Source: Octopus bimaculoides
Lineage: Eukaryota
NCBI RefSeq assembly: GCF_001194135.2
Contig: NC_068989.1
Location: 32,842,358 to 32,901,342 of the forward strand
DNA length: 58,985 nucleotides
Reading direction: 5' to 3'
Both the position numbers and the translations under genes were made by a program. Below, piece by piece: positions 49,838-58,985 of this stretch; position 1 is the first letter of the stretch; every line of letters begins with the position of its first letter. The notes under the pieces are model-generated. The model made no database searches and was not told the origin of the DNA. It worked only from the letters and a program-made list of their open reading frames with translations.

Positions 49838-50275
49838 ATATATTAAAAACGGAGAAGGACAGTTTATGGGATTACCCTGGGTTTCCTGTCCATAAAGGGT
49901 TTAGCTTTATGGCGTATCGTCAGATCCCAAAACCTGTTGGCCTAAGACCTCTTCAAAATATGGAAGGAAAAAGCCTCACTACAAAGGTAAACAACTGGGG
50001 ATTATCTCCCTTTACCATTGGCTATCGACTTCTGGCTGTGCCACCATCTTGTGGCCTCCAAGATGGCAGTACAGCTGGAAATCGATGGCCAATGACAAAG
50101 GGAGATAATACCCAATCATTTACCTTTGTAATGAAGCTTTTCCTCCTCCATATTTTGAAGAGGTCTTAGGCCAACAGGCTTTGGGGTCTGACAATATGCC
50201 AAAATGCTAAACCCTTTATGGACGGGAAAAACCCAAGGTAATCCCATAAACCAACCTTCCCCATTTTAAATATAT
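49838..50275. repeat. Foldback element: ~440-bp imperfect palindrome with a 7-nt loop
   Basis: Arms pair from TATATTAAAAACGGAGAAGG / CCTTCCCCATTTTAAATATA inward to CCATCTTG-TGGCCTC-CAAGATGG; flanked by TA runs. Confidence 0.9.
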
Positions 50276-50328
50276 GTATATATACTTTATTATTAAAGCT
50301 GCAAAAACATTACAAAAATATCACATAA

Positions 50329-50370
50329 AACTGCTACTCAGAGTTTCACATTCCTGTTCATCAGGCAGTT
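50329..50370 (-). ncRNA. Minimal type-I hammerhead ribozyme (intact core)
   Basis: RNA AACUGC-CUGAUGA-ACA(GGAA)UGU-GAAA-CUCUGAG-UA/GCAGUU: 6-bp stem I, 3-bp stem II, palindromic ACUC-U-GAGU stem III and a GUA triplet. Confidence 0.88.
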
Positions 50371-50378
50371 GTGATCAC

Positions 50379-50420
50379 AACTGCCCAATGAATGAGAACG
50401 TGAAACTCTGAGTAGTAGTT
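50379..50420 (+). ncRNA. Mirror hammerhead copy with mutated core
   Basis: AACUGC-CCAAUGA-AUG(AGAA)CGU-GAAA-CUCUGAG-UA/GUAGUU; CUGAUGA is changed to CCAAUGA. Confidence 0.6.
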
Positions 50421-50537
50421 TTTTGTAATATTTTTGTGATGGTTTTGCAGCTTTAATAAAGCATATTACTCTATCTCTGGTATTCAAGTACTATTTTTTC
50501 CCACCTTGTTTCACATTTATGTGCTTTACTTGGGTAT

Positions 50538-50648
50538 ATCATCATCATCATCATCATCGTTTAAAGTCCGCTTTCCATGCTAGCATGGGTTGGACGACTT
50601 GACTGAGGACTGGTGAAACCAGATGGCAACACCAGGCTCCAATCTAAA
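50538..50648 (-). mobile_element. Terminal ~110 nt of the RTE 3' module with (GAT)n
   Basis: (CAT)n-CGTTTAAAGTCCGCTTTCCATGCTAGCATGGG...CACCAGGCTCCAATCTA. Confidence 0.9.
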
Positions 50649-53460
50649 TTCGTCCATGTTCATCCGTTAAAGACTTGATAGAGGCTTCTCTGCCTCTCCG
50701 ACTCTCCACACGACATGCCCATCCGGCAACATCAATACCTTCTCTTCCCACTGCACGAAGTTTAGCTCTGATCCTACACCCTTCGTGTTTGGCTTTGAGA
50801 TGACAGCAAAAAACCGCTTTCGCTGTCACCACTCTGGATGCAGAGCCAGATTCCATGGCCTCATCTAATTCCTTAGTTAAAGCCCTTTCTATTCTAGTCT
50901 TATCTAGACTTAACTGTTTGCTATATCTAATAGACTCAGAACGAGTGGTTCGTTTGAGAGCACACCACCACCTATTATTAATAATCGTGCCAGTTAATGC
51001 CCTCTGCACTAACTCCTTAACCCGGGCACGGAAGGTTTTACAAGTCAAAATAGACTTGTTCATCTTCCAGTACCCTGGTCCCTGCCTATGACACTTAACT
51101 AGGTACACCCTACACGTTACAAACTAGTGATTTCTGTAGGAGACACAACAAAAGTGTGGACAACTAAACATATCCCTATCCCTAACAAATATCCTATCTA
51201 TATAAAATTTGAGTGAACCATTGTTATTGGACCATGTCTACTGTGGAACGAGTGGTTCATCCAGTCTATACTGATCTACTAGATTATAGCTCTCTAGTAG
51301 CCTTTTGAGGCCTGGGCTTTCCCTTCTATTGGTCAGGCCAACACTATCCACCTGTGTGTCGAGAATAGTGTTAAAGTCACTAAAAAACTCTCCAGGTCCC
51401 GGTAAAAGCCAGCCTATCTACTAAATCTCTGTGTAGACAGCTACTAACCTGAAGGACTGTTTACTTACATGTGTTACATCCAAAACGACTTGCCTACCTT
51501 CTGGGTCCAGAAAGTCTACACTTACCTACACGTCCAAGTTTTTCCTGAATAAGACCACCTCATGCCCCCGCTCTCCTGCTGGCTAGGAGAAATAAATTTC
51601 TCCTAGCCATTTAGAAGGGACAAGAATGCTCGTGGCCCACTCAGCTTAGACTCAGTTACAATACATAGATCAATATCTAGTGACCTAAGGTTGTCAAGGA
51701 GACAAGTTTGTTTCCAGTTCGACCCTAGGCCATGCACATTTATACACCCTAACTTAATTTCCATAATAAATAGTATTTACATTTTTTGTTTGGGGAGGGG
51801 CTGCACGAATTCAGCTTCCGCCCCATCCTTTTTCTTCTGTAGTGTAGTCGCTGGACTAACCATAAAACTTTGGCCACCCATCTCTTTGCTAACATCATTG
51901 ATGTCGTCTGGGTACCTGTTTTTTAATTCCGTGAATAAGTCCACCTCCATTCTACCAATTCTAATGTGAGGTGGCATGTCTTTTCTAGTTTTATACACTT
52001 GAGCTTTATGATGAGCTTGGATTACTGTGCCAAGCACCTTATTATTGTCATTAAAAGAAATAATTTTGTTCTGCATCTTGGGGTGAGAATGGGAAATGGG
52101 TTTTAACAAGGGGGTGGTCTGGGAGATTTTTTTGTGTGTCTGCATTTGCTTTGGATGTTTTCTTTGTATGGGGTGGGGAGTCTGGGGCTGGGGCCTTTTT
52201 TTCTTTTTGGGGATTTAACTGTGGTAAACTCCATTTCATCACCCTCTGTGGTTTGTATTGTTGCCTGTATAGTTTTTCTGGTCTTGTTTCCTTGGGTTCT
52301 TGTGTAACTTTTGTTTGTTTTGCTTGTTGTTTTTTTTGTCTCCTCCACGTTTTGTGGCTCTTGTGGAGGGGCTTCGTTCTTCTTTGCTTTACAGTCTGAG
52401 CGAATGTGACCCTTCTTGCCACATTTAAAGTAATGCGGCCTACGTTCTTCTACACCGACTCTTACGCTTAGCCCCTTGCCTATAAATACTCTATCAGGCA
52501 GTCCCTCAAGGACTTTGGGTGTGGCCTGTATGAACATCTCGAGGGACTGACCTTGCCAATTTTCTGCTTCTTCTTTTTGCATTTGCAGAATGCTCATTTT
52601 CTCTTCCTTAAGTAATGGCCACTGCTATCCACATAACGTTGAGACCTGCCGGAATTTCTTCCAGTCTAATTTTAGCGGTTCGTCTGCCTACGTACATCGG
52701 CAGTAATATCACCTCTTCATTTTTTAAGGTCATTGTAGATAAATCCTCTGCTGTTTTTTCATTGGTGAATTGAGCTTCGACCGTGGCATGCCTTCTTCCA
52801 CGGCCAACATAAATTATTCTGTTCCAGAGTGGCAACAAACATTTTTTTATCACCTCACTTGTACATGTTGTAATTCTCTTTTCTTTCATACTGTACGTTT
52901 TGTACACTACAGTTTTTGCCTCAATATTCTGTAAAACCTCTTGAGGAGGGAGTAGTTTTGTATCACTACCTGTTTTCTTTTTTTTTTTTGACAAGGTTCC
53001 TATATTTAAAAAGTTCTGCCACTGTAACTTCCATTGTTATCATGTTGCCATCCACTGCAGCCGAAAAACTTTGCTTTTCTGTTTGCACTTGTGTTAAGTT
53101 TCATTATTTTTCGCCTTTTTCCATCTCTGGCATATCTTCATTCAAAAACAAATTGTGATCCATGACGTGAAGAAAAAATTTTCACAGTAAACAAATTCCT
53201 TCAAAAAGAAAAAAAATTAGACAAAAAATAATTTTTACCCTGAGAAGGGAAAAATCACAGTTCTAATCACAGTTGTCACTTTCACAACAATATTTCAGAA
53301 TTTAAGACTTTTCTGCCCTGAAGGGCGAAAATAACAGTTAACAAATAAACAACAGTTCAATTCCAACAATAACAATAAAACATTAAATATATAACAAATT
53401 TGAACTCACAAACACAAATAAGTGACAATCAAAAAAGCCTGACAAGAATCTGCTAGAGAT
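50649..53460 (-). mobile_element. Tx1/L1-clade LINE copy A: 5' UTR, ORF1 and the endonuclease part of ORF2; 3'-truncated
   Basis: ORF1 pieces with a decayed zinc knuckle (YFKCGKKGHIRSDC); ORF2 start MEIKLGCINVHG at ~51765, then DPEGRQVVL and GPGYWKMNKSIL. Confidence 0.85.
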
Positions 53461-53464
53461 TGAT

Positions 53465-56400
53465 TCTTTATTATGATAATTACATATCAAACATAGATGG
53501 GACAACACAGACCATTACAAACAAATAGTGTGTTTATGAGTTCGTTTTTAATGGTATTTTAAAGATATGTTCATGAATAATATAATTAAAATTTTACAAA
53601 ATTTTACAAATTTACACTTGGCCAAGAAGTCCAATGGCTACACCGTATTTCTTTACAATGGGTACGATTAAGCAGGGTCTTTCACCCCCCCAACTCCCTT
53701 GCCACATCCTTCCATCTTTTCCTATATGCACTTCATGACAGGTGTCTTTCTCCAGCCCTATCTTGATTTTCAGATGATATCTGAAGTAGTATAGTAAGCC
53801 AGGGCCAGAGATAAATGTTCCCATAGCGACTCCTTCCATTCTAGTTTTTCATATACACTCTTTCAATACTGCAATTGTGCATAAAAAATATGCCTCACCT
53901 TCCTTTGATAGTCCAGGTGGCAGTACAATCTCAATCATGGACTCAGCTGATAGCTGTACTCTTCCCAGATGCAACAGCATGTGTTCTGCATAAACTATCA
54001 AGCCTGAAAGCTCTGGGCACTGTACAAGGGCATGCAGAATGGTTTCATCATCCTGCCTGCACCTTGGCCATGCCGGTGGCACAAATATCCCATTTCTAGA
54101 CCGTTTATTATGAACAGGTAAAGCACTTCTATAGCACTGCCAGGTTAGATATTTCTGGTAGTTATCCAGGTACCCAGAAAGTTCTTTGAAACAGGTTGGC
54201 TAGCTGGCCCTCATCGAGCCCCAGAGCTTCTCCTAGGACATCATCCCTCTTGAACTCTATAGAGTATTAAGGTGGTACTCCCACTGCCAGCCTTGCCCAC
54301 CCTGTGGATTAACACTAGTGCTTGTTTGCACTCTTTTTCCAGTGGATTCCCCACTTGGTCACCCTCCAGATAGAGCCAGAGGTGCCTCAGCCTCAGTGCA
54401 TGGCTGCGCATCATCAGCCATGGCATCCCTAACCCACCCTTAAGTGGTTTTTGGCAGCAGATGCAGCGCCTCACAAGCGGTTTTCCCCACTTCTATAAAA
54501 AGCAGAAGAGAAGGTGTTCCAACTTGCTTAGCCATGAATCAGAGCAAGGGAGAATGGTCAGATGGTAGGTGATAACAGATTAAATATACACCTGCACCAC
54601 CACTGCCCTTCCTTTCAGGGATAGCGCCCTTCCAGACCAGGTCCAGATTAAGACTGCCATCCTGTCTGCCACCTCACTCCAGTTCTCCGACTGGGAGTCC
54701 GGTCCAAACCAGACTCCAAGCAACTTAACAAGACCTCCCATCCAGAGCCCCACAACACTAGACGGTATCAACTTGCCATTCCAAGTGCCAAGCTGCAAGC
54801 TGATGGACTTGTCCTTGTTAATTTTTGCCCTTGCCACTGCCTCATATCCTTTGCTGCATCCTCTGGTGATGGTGGGGGTCATCTGCATATGCAGAAACAG
54901 ACTTACCACATCTCTAACCACCGCAGCAATGTCTCAAGAGTCAGTACATACAGAAGCAGAGACAGGAGGCACCCCCGATGAACCGAACATTCGATTCTAA
55001 AAGGCACCAATAGGTTATCATTTATCTGAACTGTAGATTTGATGCCGCAATAAATGGCAGTGATCCAACCACAGAAATCTGGGCCCAGCCCAGCCACCTC
55101 GAGGACTGCTGCCAGGTACTGGTGGTCTACCCTATCAAAAGCTTTACTCTGGTCTAAGTGGGCCAGTGTTTCACCTTTACCGAATAAGTTACCCACCCTG
55201 TCTAAGGTGTAGCGCGGGAGATGGAGATTGCCCTGGGATGACCTGCCTGGGATGGCGCATGTTTGTGCCCTGCCAACAAGTTTCTCCATGACACGCACCA
55301 ACCTCTTAGCTAGCACCTTGGCTAAAATCTTTTACTCTACATTAAGTAGAGTTATGGGCCTAAAATTACTAATATGGTCCCCCTTGCTTGGGTCTTTTCT
55401 CATCAGCGTCACCACTCCCCAACTCACAGAGCTGGGAATCCTCTCATTCTGCTGCCAGTTGTTATAGATGCAGGCCAGCAAGTGCCTGAACATGTACGGC
55501 ATACTACAATAAATTTCATAGAGCAGACCATCCAGCCCTGGTGATTTGTCCCTGGCACACTCTTCAACTTCCATAGCCGTAATTGACCCTTCACAGCATT
55601 CTGCCTCCTATGCTAAGAGTTGCAACCCACAGGTGAGCAAGTCCCTTCGGAGCTCCCCAGCCTTTAGCATCTCCTCCTGTCCTTCCATCAAACGTCCATG
55701 TTCATCCATTAAAGACTTGATAGAGGCTTCTCTGCCTCTCCGACTCTCCACACGATACGCCCAACCGCATGAAGTTTAGCTCTGACTCTACCCGCTTCAT
55801 GTTTGGCTTTGAGATGACAGGAAAAAACTGCTTTCGCCACCACTCTGGATGCAGAGCCAGATTCCATGGCCTCATCTAATTCCTTAGTTAAAGCCCCTTC
55901 TATTCTGGTCTTATTTAGGCTTAACTGTTTGCTACATCTAATAGTCTCAGAAAGAACGGTTCGTTTGTGGGCACACCACCACCTATTATTAATAATGGCG
56001 CCGGTTAATGCCCTCTGCACCAACTCCTTAAACCAAGCACGGAAGGTTTTACAAGTCAAAATAGACTTGTTCATCTTCCAGTACCCGGGTCCCTTCCTAT
56101 GACATTTAACTAGGTACACCCTACATGTCACAAACTTGTGATCTCTGTAGGGTACACAACAAAAGCGTGGACAACTAAACGTATCCCTATATCTAATTCT
56201 AATGAATATCCTATCTATATAAAATCTGAGTGAACCATCGTTATTAGACCATGTCTACTGTGGAATGAGTGGTTCATCCAGTCTATACTGGTCTACTAGA
56301 TTATAGCTCTCTAGTGGCCTTTTGAGGCATGGGATTTCCCTTCTATTGGTCGAGCCAACACTATCCACTATGCGTCGAGAATAGTGTTAAAGTCTTCCAG

Positions 56401-56810
56401 TACAACTAGAGTTTTTGAAGTCACTAAAAAACTCTCCAGGTCCTGGCAAAAACCAGCTTGTCTATACTGTTTCAGTGCATAGACAGCTACTAACCTGAAG
56501 GACTGTTTACTTACATGTGTCATATTCAAAATGACCAGCCTACCTTCTGGGTCCAGAAGGACTGTAATTACCTCCACGTCCAAGTTTTTCCTGAATAAGA
56601 CCACCACGCCGGCTAGGAGAAATAAATTTCTCGTAGCCATTTAGAAGGGACGAGAATGCTTGTGGCCCATTCAGCTTAAACTCACTCACAATACATACAT
56701 CCATATCTAGTAACCTAAGGTCGTCAAGGAGACAAGTTTGTTTCCAGTTTGACCCTAGGCCACGCGCATTTATGCACCATAGCTTAATTTCCATAGTAAA
56801 TCATATTTGC
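53465..56810 (-). mobile_element. Tx1/L1-clade LINE copy B: ORF2 (APE + RT + C-terminal zinc finger), 5'-truncated
   Basis: MEIKLWCINARGL, GVVVLF, DFNTILD, KSPGLDG, NFRPITLLN, LDQSKAFDRVDH, RGCLLSLLLYVL and RC...ETILHALVQC; minus-strand AATAAA at 53467-53472. Confidence 0.9.
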
Positions 56811-57192
56811 CTCATCAGTAGAGACCCCTCGATTTGGATGATTCTTGACTTAAATCTCTGTTAGTACATATGTATTCACCAAAAAGTCGGTGGTGGGATG
56901 TAAATACACACACACACATACACACACAAACACACATGTTAATCAAAGTGTACAGTATTATATATCCATCACAGCCAATCTTATCAATCAGTTTTGCACT
57001 AGGGGTTCAACGGAATGTTAGGCAACGGTCCAATTATGTAACCCTGCATGCTTCAGATATGGCAGTTATGGATTCCATAATCACTATCTTTGAAGATTCC
57101 ATAACTGTCATCTTTGAAGAGCTCAGGGTTATATAATCAAACTGTTACTTAACATTCTGTCAAATCCCTGGTATGAAACTGATCGGCTGTAA

Positions 57193-58480
57193 TCTATAGC
57201 TATAAAATTTACTGTGTGTGTTTCCTCTATCCACAGCCAAACCACTGGATCCATCTGCACCAAATTTGGCATGAATGTTTTTCATTACTTAGGGAAGGTT
57301 CTAGGGGGAGGGGGTCAAATCTTGGCCCTTGCCCATGTAGGGGGCTGTAGCCCACCCTTATACAACCCTTCCAGTTTTTTTTCCAGTGGTATAATATCAA
57401 ATTTGACATGAAGGATTTTCATTACTCAGGGAAGGTTCGGGGGAGGGGGGTCAAATTTTGGCCCTTGCCCATATTGGGGGCTGTAGCTCCCCAATCCTTC
57501 CGATATTTTTTTTGAGCAGTATAATATTGTTTCACTTTTATTCTTTCACTTTTCATAAGACTATAATATTCTTTTCTACTCTAGGCACAAGGCCTGAAAC
57601 TTTTGGGCAGGGGTTGGGGTAGTCGATAAGATCGACCCCAGTATGCAACTGGTACTTAATTTATCAACTCTGAAAAGATAAAAGGCAAAGTCAACCTTGG
57701 TGGAATTTGAATTCAGAACGTAAAGACAGACAAAATACCGCTAAGCATTTTGCCTGGCATGCTAATGTTTCTGTCAGCTTGCTGCCTTATAAGACTATAA
57801 TATTGTTTCACTTTTATTGAAACTTTCCCAAGATGAGCAAATGCATACTGCAGCAAGTCAAATGGAGTATCAAGACAAGCGAGATAATTTCTCAAGATCA
57901 GCAAACGTATACTGTAGCATATCAAATGGAGTCTCAATACATAAGGGAGATGAGACTTACCCAAAATTTCCAAATGAAACTAATAGCATGCACTGCTCAG
58001 GCGGTAAGGTAAAATTGTCATCACTATCAGCTCCTCCTCAACCTCTTATAGATCTTCTGGAAGGTACTTCCATCCAATCAAAGGATTTTCTAAACAATAT
58101 CAGACAATACAACTTTCCATTTCAAATGACATCGTTTGGTGCATCTAAGGAGATAGTTGAACATGGATTTACACCAACATTCAAAGTTAAGTTCAAGAGC
58201 AAGTCTATCACCTTATTGCTTCCCTGTTACCCACAAATGAGCAACTACACTTCCTTCAAATTTACTTCATGAGTGATGTAGAACAACAAACTCGAAGAAG
58301 GTGTCAAGACTTCAGACAATGGGTCATGTTAGATGCAGTGCCAACTACTGCAAAGGAGAGTATATCTACTGACAGCTTTTCGGTGCATTAAAAAAATCGC
58401 ATACTCTCCACCCCCAATTTCCATGACAGGTTAGGGCCTGAAATACTCTACACAGAGGCATGACATGTCACTTAGTGGAA
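57193..58480 (+). mobile_element. Helitron remnant (5' end plus N-terminal Rep region)
   Basis: A|TCTATAGCTATAAAA 5' end; peptide CSGGKVKL...FLNNIRQYN..FQMTSFG...GFTPTFKV and, in another frame, VYHLIASLLP. ~165-bp tandem duplication at ~57260-57530; 3' end not defined. Confidence 0.8.
57571..57788 (-). mobile_element. SINE family B inserted in the Helitron with a 16-bp target-site duplication
   Basis: ATAAGACTATAATATT at 57555-57570 and 57789-57804 flanks the SINE. Confidence 0.85.
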
Positions 58481-58985
58481 TTAGCCCATCATTTACTCCA
58501 CAAATGTTTCGTCATCAATACTGCACTTAAACTTAATTGAAAATTTGGTATATTGATGTAATTTTTCACAGAGAATCTGATGTTGTTATTCATTTGTTAC
58601 AGAAAAATTTTAGAAAAATGTTGAAGATCTTTATTATTTTTACCTAATCAGAAAACAGGATTTAGAAGCTGGTATTTTCTACATGATAACTTTTATTAAA
58701 CAAAACGAAAGCATTATATTGCAAAGACAAAAATTGTAAGAAGTTTTGAAGTTTTAATAAGATTAAATGAATAAAGACAAATGAAACATTGGAACAGGCA
58801 ATATAAAAAGGAAAAATAATTTTTTTTTTTTTTTTCATTTCAAAGTTTCAGCTCAGAGCTGCGGCCATGCTGATGCACCACCGTGTTGCTACACTGTTAT
58901 TACAGGGAGCCTCTTACAATATGTGGCACTTGGTGAAGAATGGAGTTTGATTTAGCAACTCTCATTTGCACCTCCTGCCGCGAGG

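Larger units (their letters stand above)
50285..50537. mobile_element. Penelope-like terminal repeat with an inverted (head-to-head) duplication
   Basis: ~50287-50370 is inverse to 50379-50460 around GTGATCAC, and each arm has a hammerhead motif. PLE origin is inferred. Confidence 0.7.

Noticed and set aside
49909-50169. 86-aa ORF inside the foldback element
   Set aside because: No motif, and it spans a palindrome centre; likely chance.
56785-56825. Minus-strand CTGATGA...GAAA at the 5' junction of LINE copy B
   Set aside because: The GAAA comes from the ORF2 start codons ATG GAA ATT and there is no stem II pairing; at most a truncated half-motif.

Overview
AT-rich eukaryotic (animal) scaffold with many N gaps and (TA)n/(CA)n/(CAT)n microsatellites. 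The SINE/LINE complement suggests a cephalopod (Octopus-like) genome, which is an inference. The only host gene I can support is the last two coding exons of a Rho-family GTPase of the Rnd/RhoE type on the + strand (31365-31499 and 40613-40858, ending in the CAAX motif CVVM). Its upstream exons are not visible. Most of the rest is decayed mobile DNA: RTE LINEs with a (GAT)n-tailed 3' module, CR1-type and Tx1/L1-type LINEs, Penelope-like elements (PLEs), Mariner/Tc1, a Helitron, a Gypsy remnant, tRNA-derived SINEs and foldback/MITE elements. The most interesting signals are not in the ORF track. They are two structurally complete minimal type-I hammerhead ribozymes on the minus strand (12842-12884 and 50329-50370, the latter half of a head-to-head palindromic pair), a third degenerate one (17399-17481), a full-length U6 snRNA copy between two SINEs in one head-to-tail run (49003-49725), and several long hairpins. 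Boundaries of decayed elements were read by eye and are approximate; no searches were run.
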